Below are positions 13,849 through 26,481 of a stretch of 64,000 nucleotides of DNA, piece by piece. The translations under genes and the position numbers were made by a program. Origin of the DNA: Podospora anserina (Eukaryota); assembly GCA_017654855.1 (NCBI GenBank), contig CM030336.1:744001-808000 (forward strand), read 5' to 3'. Every line of letters starts with the position of its first letter. Position 1 is the first letter of the stretch. The notes below the pieces were generated by a model, which saw nothing but the letters and a program-made list of their open reading frames with translations, was not told the DNA's origin and ran no database searches.

Positions 13849-13933
13849 CGACCAGCATGGGACTCGAACCCACAACCTCGGCTTTGCAATCCCTTAGTAG
13901 GAGAGCCACACGCTACCATTGCGCCAACTGGCC
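13849..13933 (-). tRNA. tRNA-Arg(CCT) with 13-nt intron
   Basis: Minus strand reads GGCCAGT TG GCGCAATGGTAGCGT G TGGCT CT CCT A [CTAAGGGATTGCA] A AGCCG AGGTT GTGGG TTCGAGT CCCAT GCTGGTC G. All stems pair, and a T-run terminator follows. Confidence 0.9.
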
Positions 13934-14430
13934 GCTTATCAGTGGGAATCCAACAAGGGCGAGTGTCTATAAAACTGCTTCTCAGTCAGTCGTGTAATCG
14001 CATCTCCATAGATCTCACCGGCCCATGGCCTCGATTTATCTTAAGATCATCACAATATAGCTCACCGCTCATCTTATAAAATACACCAGAACCGCCACAT
14101 CGTATCAGCCGCCTTTCACCCAATAGGGCCCCGAGAAGATAGGTTTTGTTTGACAGATGAAACTATCGAGAACTCACAGTCCCATGTTAGAAGAAATGCT
14201 CGGACAATAGACAGCAAAAGCTAAGACTCTAGATACCAAAAGCTCAGCAGTCCACCACATTGTCACCCACCCCGACATCACTGAAAGGCAAACATAATGT
14301 GCCAGTCGATCTTCAAGTCCAAGTTGTCCAGGCACGCCGCCGGCAGCACAGGCAAGCAGCGGCGTCATCTTCCAATGTGGAGCGATTGGCCCGCGGACCG
14401 GGTCAAACAGTATTCCGAGTTTCCGGCAAC

Positions 14431-15243
14431 CAGAGGTAAAAGTACAACGAGCAATCCAAGAAGCGCATGACTATGGCCCGGCAGATTGGTACTTGTGAGT
14501 CCTGCCGAAAGGAGAAGAGCCGTTGTGACATATCGGAAGAGTTATATTATGGTTAGGACGATACCTGCTTTGTTGCCACTAAGGTAAGACCCAAAGCGCA
14601 AGGCGATTTATTCACGATGTCAATACCTACAGCTAACCCGGATTTAGGACCAATTATTGGTGCTGCGCTTTAGTTCTGGCTGGCCGCACGAATGATTGAG
14701 AGATTATGGCTTAGATACGATACAGACAAGCCAGATATTATCCCTAGTATAACCCTAATGAAAGAAAATATCGGTCCCTGCCGCCGTGACCTCCTATGTA
14801 GATAAAATCCCTACTACCCCGGCGATGGATACTTACTTTAACGATATTGTTATTAGACAGAGATATCCTGCCTCCCTTGAGCAGGGCAATTTTTAAGCGT
14901 TCCAAAGCCCTGTCTTTACCAAAGAAAAGGGAAATTAGTTTGGTATATATCTTGTGTCTTTTTCACTGTTTTGCATATTATGGAGCAAGTCCTTCGACGC
15001 ATCATCATGGATTTCTCTCGCAGATTCGGTATCAATCTAAGTGCCATCTCTCCAATTTTGACAGATTCCAGGTTGCCGATGTCCATCTGCAGCCCGGGCC
15101 AAGATCAAACCACGAGAGCCCCGTCAGTTATGCTCACTTTTAAGCATGCTGGACCATTCTCTTGTACTTTCAATCTGCGGGAGGTGCAGGTCCACTATCA
15201 GTGGACCATCTTGAAGGGGGTTTGTTCTATGGACAATAGTTGA
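14431..15243 (+). pseudogene. Decayed fungal C6-zinc-finger-type gene
   Basis: Fragments in shifting frames: QR*KYNEQSKKRMTMARQIGTCESCRKEKSRCD (C-x2-C-x6-C), IIGAAL*FWLAARMIERLW, DKIPTTPAMDTYFNDIVI, ILPPLSRAIFK, GN*FGIYLVSF, IMDFSRRFGI. Several in-frame stops and frameshifts. Confidence 0.55.
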
Positions 15244-15587
15244 GATAAATGGCATAGCCAGTTTGTCTAAGGATACCGGACCTCGTTGGTTTTGTAAGTA
15301 GGTATGGAACTTGCGTGCGCAAGAAATTTAGGGATCCATAATCCTGCTTTGTGTAGAGGGTTACCTACACTTTGACAATCAACTGGTTTTCGGGACAAGA
15401 TACAAGAAGTCACAAGTAATCAAAATAGAAGAACAATATAATGTTAGTAATAGTAGTATTAGTATAATTTGACAAAAGAAAAAAAATGATTGACTCACCG
15501 ATCCATATTTTTTGATATTTTTGCTTCAGTGAAAACACAACCCCACGATCTACAACAATTGTACTTACCTATGTGCGACAGGCAAGC

Positions 15588-16094
15588 TCAGTTTTCCTCG
15601 CCCAGCAAATCATCCCAAAGATCAGAAAGAAAGCCCGAGGGGTCTGAAGCCTTGGAAGGTTTAATCTCCACCTGATTCTCTCTCTCCTGACCAGCAGTAT
15701 TAGCAGTTGGAAGAAGAGGAGTTTGGGAAGTAATCGCATTCCTTCTCAAGTTCCGAGGGTGCCCATGGGTGGCACATTGGTTGCAGAGAGCCCTCTGCTG
15801 GGATATTCTCATGTAAGAAGCGCCAGCAGCGAACGTCCCTGGACATTGCGGGGGATCAGTGATGTTGTCATCGCCAGTGAAAGTGGGGCAATGCTCCCAG
15901 AATTGTCTGATAGGCTCCCACCGATTGCAGCGTTGAACGTCGCCGATCCGGCGGAGGTAGAAGCCAGTCGGCTCCGGGGAGGTAGGGAGGGTAGGCCGGG
16001 AGGTTGTAGAGCGGATGTAGTTGCTATGCGAGCAAATGGCTCCGTCCCGAAGGGGGCAGCGGCAGTAGAAGTTGATGATGGTGTAGGTGCACAT
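15588..16094 (-). CDS. Small Cys-rich hypothetical protein (168 aa)
   Basis: ATG-started single ORF, MCTYTIINFYCRC..., with 9 Cys and a CNQC..H motif. Flanked by AT-richer non-coding DNA. Confidence 0.6.
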   Translation of the reverse strand: MCTYTIINFYCRCPLRDGAICSHSNYIRSTTSRPTLPTSPEPTGFYLRRIGDVQRCNRWEPIRQFWEHCPTFTGDDNITDPPQCPGTFAAGASYMRISQQRALCNQCATHGHPRNLRRNAITSQTPLLPTANTAGQERENQVEIKPSKASDPSGFLSDLWDDLLGEEN

Positions 16095-17258
16095 CTTGAC
16101 TGGCTTTTTGGGTTAGTTTTGGATGGGGGTATTTCCTAGGGATAGTACTTAACTTCTTTTGGGGTGTTGATTTGATGTGTATGTAATGAGTGATCAGTAA
16201 TAAGGGATGAGAGATGAGAGAGGAGAAGCTGGGTTTGATTTTCGAAGCATGTTGTCGCTGTTAAATAGACCTAATTTAGGCTACAGTCTTCGTGGGATAA
16301 ATGAATTGTGCAGCGTAGTATATCTCTGTGTTATGAATCATCTTACTGAAGACTGATTTAAAGCAATTATTCCAACTTTGGTCGGTTGTTGTCGACTCGA
16401 ACCATGAAATATGCAAATCTCATGAACAAAGACAATGCCTTTGTCACAGCCCACTTGTTCCGTCGCCTTCTCACTTCGGAGAGCTCCCTTCACCATGAAC
16501 GAGCGATGGCGGGGTTCTGGAGCACTCCACAACAGACAACCCCTGAAGACAGCCCTAACTGAATGTAAACAGAGATCAACTCAACCGCCCCGCCCTTAGA
16601 GTGTGGACTTTCTGCTCAAAGAAGCACCGCTCCATATACTTGGATCTGTTGCTAGAACCATGATGTCGTTGCTCGCACATCATTCCAGCGCGGCATTTTG
16701 TGATGGCTGGTGTCAGACAATGTATCACCACATCCCTCCCGCAAGCGCTCTGACGCTTTACCCTCGCGGAACTGTAGATGCATCCCGGTCTCAGATCATC
16801 GACCATTCATCGTTTCCGTTTGCCATACACCGGGCCGAAGCTACAGCCCGGAACGTTTGTAGAAGCTGCGCAAGAGTCGTTGTCTCGGGAAGAGCCGGTC
16901 GAACATTTTACGTAAACTTCCACAACGGGAGCTTCTGAACACCACCAGTCTTGGACATCGTGTCATCTGACTGTGGCACAGGTGCCAGGTGAGATGGTCT
17001 GTCGGTCCCTATTGTAACAAAACGACCGCCCATCAACCCCGACCTGACGGTCACCTCCAATCGCTTCGAAGAGAGGACGCACGACAGGTCTTCCTGACAA
17101 TGCTGATGTCTTGCTGTTTCCTGCTTTTGACGTATGGATATCCAACTCGACGTCTGTGTGGTCAGACGGGATTGGGAGGATGGGAATGTACTTACCTCAG
17201 TCACTCGCTGGACACATTAATAGCATAGTTAGCTCACGCCTACTCCAAACGATCATTC

Positions 17259-18687
17259 TTAATTCTCCTCATCAACCGGCAAATGTGTCCTCTCATCCTC
17301 CACCACCTCATACTCATCCCTCCCAAAAGTCTCATTCAACCTCACTCTCCCCACCACCTTCCCACTCTCCAGCCTAACCCACGTATCCATCTCCCGCAAT
17401 CTCAACCCCTCAATCGAAACCCACACCTGCCTCGATCCCCTAATCCAACTCCCATACCCCCCATAACCCGTATGCTGCCCAAAACACAAATAAACCCTCC
17501 TGCCCCCCTTTTCATAATCCGAACACCATGTATCCCCATGATCGTGCCCCACAAACAACCCCAACAACCCCTCCTCCATCACCGCCTCCATAAACCCCCC
17601 ATCCTGCCCCCCATACTCGCAACCCTCCATCCCATCTTCACACCACCCCTCCCCTTGTCGGTTAACCGGCTGATCCCCATTAATTCCAGGCTGCTTCTTC
17701 CCGTTTATCCCCCTTTTCTGAGCCTCCCAAAAAGCCCCAGTAGGGATATGCACAAACCCCAACCCCGGCAAACTCCTCCCCCCATTCTCTCTCTTCAGCC
17801 TCCCGCTCATCTCCCTAAACCACCTCACCACCTCCTTGCTAACCCAATTTTCCCTCCCCTTACTCCTATTCCCACCTCCCTCCTCCTGGGAAACAAAACC
17901 ACCTCTGCTATCAAAAAACCACAACACCATCTCCACCCTCGCATCCAGCCCTTGCACCTCCAAATAATAATTCGTCACCCCCACCCCCTCCTCTCTGCCC
18001 CTTACCATCCTCGCCGTTCTACTACCTTTGTACCTCTTCTCCCGCTCAAACAACGCCGTGGGCGACAGCCTGCAGTCCGAGTCGTGATTCCCGTACGTAC
18101 TCCCCCACGTAATATCTCTACTTGCCAAAGTCTCGGCGATTTTGTCGATATACTGGGTGCCGTTGTCGAGATAAACATTCTCCCCCGTGATGATATCACC
18201 ATTCAGCACCACAAAATCCGTCTCTGGTTCTCTGTCCAAAACAGAGTTTATCACGCCGAGGGAGGCGAGGTCTTGTTTGGGACCCCAGGGTTCCCAGGCG
18301 TCTTTTCAGCGATTTACATTGTTAGATTGGTACAAGGTAACCTCACAGAGCGGGTGATTCTAGTGTTGATGCAGCTGAGCTAAGTTGAGGGGGTGACTTA
18401 CTCTCGCCAAAATGCAAATCTGAAAAGATGCTCAGTTGGAAGCTGCCGTCTTTTTTGAACTGAAGCGGCGGCAGGAGGGGACTGAGTTGCGGTCGATGGC
18501 GATGATTGATGAAGCCGCCAAGCTGTTCGCAAAATGGGATCGTTACACGAAGGAGCTGTGAATAAGGACCGAGTAGACATAACGTCGACACGACCAACAA
18601 AACTCGGCAATACGATGCCCGTCTGACCCTCGTAAACCTCGTGTAACCACCACCAGCAGCTTCCGTCCTTTCAGCGTCTCGCGGCAT
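17259..18687 (-). CDS. Calcineurin-like metallophosphoesterase (DCR2-like), 2 exons
   Basis: Motifs FSDLHFGE|NAW (intron 18302..18401), VVLNGDIITGE, YGNHD, GFVHIP, VGHDHG, HTGYGGYG. N-terminal hydrophobic anchor. Confidence 0.9.
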
Positions 18688-18956
18688 AATGCTACAGTTG
18701 TGTTGTTGAAAGCAGAGAGAGTGACGTTGAGGCGGATTACCCCACCATCAAAACCCCTCCCTGAACACAACACAACTACCAACCTTCGGACCTTCTCTCA
18801 AAAATATCACAACTCCAACATGTACATCCAAGCCCACTCTCTAGCAAAACTTTCGCCCCATCCCACTCAGCTGGCAAAAGAAAAAGAAGATACCCACAGA
18901 GGCATGACATCACAGCTACAAGCTGTGTAGAGCAAAAGAGAAGGAACAGGCGCAAT

Positions 18957-19042
18957 TGCGCGATCCGGGATTCGAACCCGGGTCCCTCGCTAGACCAAGA
19001 TATGATGGGAAGCGAGGATTCTAACCACTAAACTAACCGCGC
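18957..19042 (-). tRNA. tRNA-Gly(CCC) with 14-nt intron
   Basis: Minus strand reads GCGCGGT TA GTTTAGTGGTTAGAAT C CTCGC TT CCC A [TCATATCTTGGTCT] A GCGAG GGAC CCGGG TTCGAAT CCCGG ATCGCGC A. Confidence 0.92.
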
Positions 19043-19586
19043 CTTTTTCCTTTGTTGTTGAAAAGGCTGTCTGTTTCACAGCTTATGAGAGTGGAAGCGG
19101 GGTAAAGCCGAGCTGTGTGTTGGCAAGCACTCCACAATCAACCCCCCCCTCCTCCACTTTGACTTCCATTGCATTCCAGGAGACCAGACACTGGTCTCTG
19201 GATCAAACACACCTTGAGTGTAAGGAGTAGCCAGAAAGAAGTACAGCATATCGATCAATAGGATTATCCCAGCTACCTCGACCCAGCTAACCCATCATTT
19301 GATAACCTCCCACACAAGCAATGGTCCCACCAAGCCATGTTTTTCCCATCCACCAGGTCCCCCAGATATCAGAACACACCATAGCAGCCCCCTGTAAAAC
19401 ATGCGGTATAGGTAAATGAGCAACAGTAAAGTGTACAGAAAGTAAAAACACCTATAAAAACGGTACAGGGCGGGGAATGGGTATGCTTCATCGCCCAACG
19501 CCGTGAAAATGCAAATCATAACATCGAAAACCTGTTAAAAGAAAGACAGCCGTACAGGTCCATGCGTTGGGGAGATCGTTTGAGCT

Positions 19587-22532
19587 CTACTGAGGTCTGC
19601 TCGCTGCCTTTGCCTATTGCTCTCTGTTAGTGCCTGCCCTGCACACTTCTCGTCGAGGCCTCCGCAGCTGCACATACCTTCATAAGTTCAATCCTGGCCT
19701 TCAGCTGACTCGTCACCTCGGCAGCTCTTCTCCAGCTCTCCATGCCAGACGTCGCGGGAGCACCAGAAGCATTGATTGGTGGATCGCCCAACCTGCTTCC
19801 TGCACGGCTCCCAGCCCTGCTCCCCGCCCGGTCACCATATCCGCCATAGGCACCGCTGCCACTAGCACTATCGTTATTGCGAATGTCTCTGTCGTCACCG
19901 CCGGAAATGTCTCGCCTAAACCCTCTAGCTGGGCTGGCGCGGCCGCTGCTAGCGGTGCTGCCCGCGTACCGGGACTCTGGGGGAGCCATCTTTCGGGGGT
20001 GCGGCACACCGTCGCCGTTCTCCTTCTCCTCGCTAAGGGTGCTGGCGAAGCTTTGACGGGCTCTACCCGCACTAGCAGGAAGAGCGTTGTCACGGTAGAT
20101 CCCGCCATCATCGTGCGTTGGGCTCAGAGCCCGGAATCCAAGACTGGGGGATACAGGGCTGTCTGCGCCCCCACCGTTGTTGAGGGCGGCTTCGGCCTTA
20201 CTGAGCGCCCTCTTCAAACGGTCCAGCTCGCGTCGTAGCCGCTCATTTGTCTGTTCGGCAGCCTCGGCATCACTGCGAGCTCTCACCAGCTGTGTCTCCT
20301 TGGCCTTGATGGAAAGTACATCTCTCGTGTGATCCTCGATCAACTGAGCATTTTGGTTCTTGAGCTCCTGAATTTCTGATGTCAGCTTGGACCGGTCGTG
20401 ACGAGCGTCATCTAGCTGTTTGAGCAAGCGTTCATTGGCCATGCGCAATTCCTCCAGCTCGGCACGTTCCATGTGTGAGAAGGTAGAGGTCGGAGATGGG
20501 GATGCAGCGGGCGCGGGGGCTGATGGCGCAGCTGGTTTGGCGAGTGAGCGGCCAGCGAGACCACCGCGTCCCAAACCAATGCGCGGCTTTGGTGGGGGAG
20601 AAGCGGGAATGGGCTCCTCCTCTTCGTATTCCGGCTCAAATGCAGGTGATGGCACGCGAGGGGCTGCCGGTCTACGCGGTGAAGCAGCGCCGGCGGCAGG
20701 ACCACCGAGAGTGCGCTTCTGTGGTGCCTTGAGACCCCCGAGCCCTGGCTTCCCGAGCTTGCTCCCCGCGGGACCGGGACGCGCAGCAGCTGGCGGCGCA
20801 GGTGGAGGTGAAGGCTCTGGCGGCGGTGCGGCGGCTGCCGGGGGTGCCTTTTTGAGACCAGGAGGGGCCTTCTTTGCGCCCAACGTCTTCTTGGGTGGTG
20901 GCCCCCGCGCAGCGGGAGCTGGCGGCGGCGGCTTCGGCTTATCCTTGGCCTTGACTTCGGCCGTCTCAAAGAACTCCTTGATCTTGGTCTTTCGGATATC
21001 ATCAAGACCTTCGAGATGGGGATTCATGGCTCTTTCGCCAATGATCTTCATGATGGTTCCCAGAATCTCGGCACCGCCAGACCGAAGAACCTCGCTACCC
21101 TCGGAAAGCAGCTTCTTGGCGCATTCAACGATGCTGGCAATTTCCTGCTTGCTCGGCACCTCCCTGGTTGTTCGAAGACACCTGACAAGAAACTTCATGG
21201 TTCCCTCCTTGACCTGGGGGTTCTTGTGAACGAGGAATGTGGTGATATCTTCCAAGCACTCGGTCAAGTTGGTAGAAAGAAACACAGCGTCCAGCGCAGC
21301 ACCAAGCGCATCAGCAACCGTAACCTTCTTTTCCTTCAATCTCTCCATGATAGGCTGCATGACGTTGGAACGATACTTGGCGAAGCCCTTGCGCAGACCC
21401 TTGGCGAGCATTTCGATACATTGCGCTGCCTGAGTGACGACCGCAATGTTGGCGTCCTTCATGCATTTGGCCAAGCAGCGGGTGATCTCACCAAAATCAC
21501 CATCCTTGATCCTTGGCACATTGACAATAGCATACAAGGCCTCGCAAGCTTCCTTTCTCTCCTTCCACTTGGACGAGGCCAGGTTGTCGTAGAAATCCTT
21601 GGGCACTTTGCTGATGACGTCTTGTGGCTCGGCCAGGTCAAAAGCGTCAACCTCACCAGCCTCTTCCTCCTCTTCTCCCTCCTCTCCATACTCGTCACCA
21701 CCTCCTGCCGCAGGTGCCCGTTCCTTGGCCGCTTGCTGTGATCGCAACAATCGCTCCTGCTTCGCTGGACCTTCGGCCTTGATCTTCTCAAACTGCGCTT
21801 CGAGATCTGTCTGCTGTGTTGGTTTGAGGTCGCCCCAGAACATTGGCTTCATAGCCTCGCGCAGCCACCGGTAGAACTCGACCGCCAACCCCGTCGCCTC
21901 TGCTCTCACATTCTTGTCGGCGTGGCCAAACACCTTGGGTAGAATCTTGAGAACGGGTTTGGGATCCGCTGTTTTGCAGCCATAGTTGTGAAAGATCTGG
22001 GTCAAAGCATGAAGCGCCGCAGCAACAACCTTGGGTTGCTTGTTGGAAAGCACCGGCAGAATCTCTTCGATCACCGGGCCGGGAACATCAATCTCGATGA
22101 AGAGGAGCAACGCTTCGACTGCTGACGCCTTCGTCGCCGCTCTCGTGGAGGACAGGCCCTTCTCGCAAATTGGTGTGACAGCATGTTGTCTGGCTCGTAT
22201 ACCGCCTTCGCGGCCGCCAAATTTCAGAAATGCGCAGAGGGCAGCCAAGCCATCTTGTTGAGCAGCAACGTTGGAGTCTGCGACTGCTGTCTTCCACAAG
22301 CTCGGATCTTGGATGAATGGTCGGAATGCTGGGTCGTACTCGTCGGGGGTCTTTTCGAATGCCTGGGCAGCCTCCTCGTATGCCTGTTTTCGTACTTTCC
22401 AGACCTATTCGCCAACTGATGTTTTAGTTTGCCTGTCTAGTAGGTAGTCAGCGAATAAGGAGACGCGCGCACCTTGTGGACCCAGCGATCTGTAAGGGGC
22501 AAAGAGCTAAAGTCTTCTTCTCCGTCAGCCAT
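19587..22532 (-). CDS. STU2: XMAP215/Dis1-family microtubule polymerase (Stu2/Alp14/AlpA): two TOG domains, Pro/Lys-rich linker, coiled coil
   Basis: MADGEEDFSSLPLTDRWVHK|VWKVRK (intron 22405..22472), GHADKNVRAEA, LASSKWKERKEA, KDANIAVV, C-terminal coiled coil and WRRAAEVTSQLKARIELMK. A final intron gives AKAASRPQ* ending at 19587. Confidence 0.93.
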
Positions 22533-24120
22533 GGCGGGCTGTTCTTCTTCAATGGATGGTGATGTGGTGGTAGAGTCGGAATCAAGCAGACAGGATTTCA
22601 GCAAGTGCTTCCGGGGATTGTGGGCAAGCTGGTCGGTGTGGTTCGTAAGTCTGTCGGTCGAGAGGCAAGTCTTGCGTTTTCCTGAGCCTAGAGTTGAAGT
22701 TCGCTTGATTAGCTTCTGCAGCCAAGGCGGTTTCCAACGGCCCGTCATAGCAGCCAGTGCAGTGCGCCGTCTAAGGAACAGAAGCGCATCTGGGAGATTG
22801 GCCTTGGTGAGGCTGGAGGAGGGAATGCGAAGGAAGCAACATACGTGCGAGGGGTGAAGCAACAAAGCAAAAGCCAGCAGCTGTTTTCTTTGCGACTTGT
22901 TGGGTTTGGTGTCGAGACCGAGCTGGCTGTTGCGCGTGATTGGCTTCCAGAAGGAGAGCGAGGGGAAGCTCTTGCTCGGCGGGGGGCGATTGTTGCGAGG
23001 ATGTTCGCCGAAAAGGATCGTCTGCGCAGTGGTTGTTGACAATTGCAGTTGTTGTGACTTGCCGCCCAAGATTTCTCGCTCAAGGCTGGCTCGCGGTGAG
23101 AAAGCGTGTCTGGGGCGCCCTGACCCTGTGCTCTTGGCTCTGCGGGACAGGTGTGGGTGTGGGGCCATTCGCTGTCACTGACAGTTGCCCTATGGATGCA
23201 GATAAACACCACAATGAATAAGGAATGCTCTGATGGAGTTTGGGTACAAGTAGGAGTCTCTTGATCCCTTGATTATCCTATGTGCGCATATGCACCGCCT
23301 CTCCAGTTGTTGGTAATTTCCTCTTGTCTTTCTCTGATGGCGGGGGATGCTGACTGGACCCTTCTTTCCACTGACAGACTTTGCTCTGGCAATTGTTGAC
23401 ATAGGGAATTGCTGTAGAAACCAAACCACAGTGTGGCTGAGGTGATGTCACTGGCTGAGGCTTGACACGGCTGGCAGCCTCCTGTGGCAGCTGTCGTGGC
23501 CCGACCTCTCTATCTTGGCAGGCCCGGCAGCGAGCATGGGAATTGGATGGCCAGCGACAGCAAATGCCACCCACCACAGATTGCGAGCTTGCTTTCGAGT
23601 TTCAAGTGTTGTTCTGCCCCGCTGGATGCCCGCCAAAGAGGGACCATGAGATCCATTTCCCACGGCAACACCGCCTCCATCCAGAACTCCCATCTTCAGC
23701 CCTGAGTTGATATCCGTGTCTGGAAGCCCAACCACAAACCCTGGACACCTCGCCTTCCCCAGTACCCCAGGTCCACTTTTCACGACCCCTCCAACCATCC
23801 ACCCAATCCATCCGCGCGTGCATCTGAGGATTGGGATTGAAACAGACATTCGACGAAACCTTCTCGAACAAAGCGCCACCCCTTTCCCGACGCTGTTGTT
23901 TGTCACCAACAACCTTCCGCCATCCTTCCATGCCCACCCGGAATCCACCTCAAAGAATACCTCACCTCTTGACACCGATTTCAACCCAACGGCCGCCGCC
24001 GAGACGAGAAGGTTCCCGACCGCTGATTTCAGGCCGATAAATTTCCCCGCCATTTCCTGTCTCCCGCTCTAGCAGAACGGCACGGCCCGGGGGCTCCAGA
24101 TTGCCCTCCGAGTCTCCGCG

Positions 24121-25662
24121 ATGAATACAAACATCCTGACCACCCGTCAGGCTGAGGAGCTGTAGGTTTCCTGTCGTGTGATCACGTCCACAGCGGGCGG
24201 GGTTGGGTCTTGACGAAGCCGAGGCAGGCAGGGACTGACAGCGATGCAGACACAAAGCCATCATCGCCTACCTTACTGCCAACAACCTTTCGAATACCGC
24301 GTCGGCTCTGCGAACAGAGCTCAACCTTGGAGAGGATGTGTTTGATCCAGCAACCGCAAAGAAGTATGAGGGGCTGCTAGAAAAGAAATGGACGAGTGTT
24401 GTGCGGTTACAAAAGAAGGTCAGTCGCGTGGTCGGTTTCTGTGTTTGTCGGCCTGTCCATCTGACATTCTTTCCCAGATCATGGATCTCGAGTCCCGGAA
24501 TAGCACTTTGCAATCAGAGCTCGCAAACAGCACCCCCACGTCCCGACAAAATAAAGATCCAGTAGCCTGGTTGCCCAAATCTCCAGCCCGCCACACGCTG
24601 CAATCCCACCGAAATCCAATCACATGCGTCGCCTTCCACCCAGTATTCTCATCACTGGCTTCCGGCTCGGAGGACCAAACCATCAAGATTTGGGACTGGG
24701 AGCTGGGCGAGCTCGAAAGGACGATCAAAGGCCATACCAAAGCTGTGCTCGATGTCGATTTCGGCGGACCTAGGGGAAACACCTTGCTTGCCTCGTGCAG
24801 CTCAGACTTGACCATCAAGCTCTGGGACCCATCAGACGACTACAAGAATATCCGAACGCTCCCTGGTCACGACCACAGCGTCAGCGCAGTTCGATTCATC
24901 CCGTCAGGGGTAGCAGGTGGTACCGGCAACCTCCTTGTCAGCGCGAGTCGAGACAAGACGTTGAGGATATGGGATGTGAGCACAGGCTATTGCGTAAAGA
25001 CTCTTCGAGGACACGCCGAATGGGTCCGTGATGTCTGCCCATCCATTGACGGGAGGTTCATCTTGTCGACAAGTGACGATTATACCGGCCGGTTGTGGGA
25101 CGTCTCGATACCGAACCCGGAGCCGAAGACCACACTGATCGGACACGAGCACGTTGTGTTATGTTGCGCCATTGCTCCTGCGGCTGCTTATCCACATCTT
25201 GCCGCCATGGCAGGGATCAAGAAGCCACCAGCAACGAGTGCCGTAGAGTTCATGGCGACCGGCTCAAGAGACAAAACGATTCGGCTGTGGGATGCGAGAG
25301 GGACGTGTATCAAGATATTGGTGGGCCACGACAACTGGGTGCGGGGCCTTGTCTTCCACCCTGGTGGACAGTACTTGTTGTCGGTGGCTGATGATTATAC
25401 GTTGCGGTGCTGGGATCTGACCCAGGAGGGTAGATGTGTCAAGACGATAGGGGACGCACACGGGCATTTCGTGCAGTGTATCCGGTGGGCGCCTTCGATC
25501 GTCAAGGATGTCCCGGCAGTCAATGGTGAGGGCGCCAATGGTGAATCGAACGGGACACCAAGGAAAGCAGCGGGGGCTGCCGGTGCGGGTGGTGAGGCGC
25601 AGATTCGGTGTGTCATTGCGACAGGGAGTGTTGATTTGAACGTGAGGATTTTTGCCAACTGA
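24121..25662 (+). CDS. nudF: LIS1/NudF/Pac1 dynein regulator (LisH, coiled coil, WD40 repeats)
   Basis: [22 protein letters not shown]...[27 protein letters not shown] (introns 24162..24249 and 24419..24477), followed by WD repeats ([48 protein letters not shown]). Confidence 0.95.
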
Positions 25663-26481
25663 ACCTACAGGAGGGGTACTTAAACATCAGCCACATTGCA
25701 CACAAACGCCAGCTCGGTATTTAATAAGAGAAAAGCCAAGGAAGAGGAGTTGGGGGAGCGATTTATAGCTTATCATGCAAATCATGCAAGCCGCCAGCTT
25801 CTGTCAGTGGCAGGAGGGGCAAGTCGAGGATCGAGGTCTGAGAGACAAAAGGGAATCCTGTCAGTCGCTACAAACGGTAATTGGCTGCATATAATCAACA
25901 TGTCCGAAAAACTTCTTGGTCGGTACGGGAGATCTTCAAGATGAGACGGTGTGCCTGTAAGAGGAAAAAGTTGCAACAATCAATGTTCACTTTGCGGAGG
26001 TGTGTGGTACAACTTTTGATGACTGATGAGCCAAAGAATTGGGCGTGAGAGGGGGGGGATAATCTCGAACGTCGTGGGCCTTTTCTCGCTGGGAACAAGA
26101 TGTTGTTGAACAGAAGTTAGATAGATACCCCCCAAAGTTGAACGATTTATGACTTGTGTATTGTCGAGCTATCTGGTATGTTTGTGGTGAGTAGGCACAA
26201 CGCCTTGCAGAATCAAAATGGGGGCTTTACTTAGAAACCCCTCATGCCTCCCCTACGGGGGACGAACTGCTTTCCACCTCGGTCGAGAATCTCGATAACA
26301 GCCATCCAAGGCTGGTCATGGGGTGTTTGGACGACGTGAGTTTTGATTTGGACGCATTGCTGGTTGGCATAGTAGGGAGACCAGGTTGATACCAAGCCCG
26401 TGAGGCTAAGTGGAAACAATTGACTGCAGGTAGAAGTGTTAGATTTCTTTCCGCATGATCTGTGACGAAGGATTCAAGCTC

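Noticed and set aside
17283-18383. 366-aa Pro/His/Leu-rich plus-strand ORF
   Set aside because: Antisense to the phosphoesterase; a by-product of the G/C skew.
22540-24110. ORFs of 120-240 aa between STU2 and nudF
   Set aside because: Overlapping, motif-free, and mostly non-ATG starts; the region fits a divergent promoter with UTRs.
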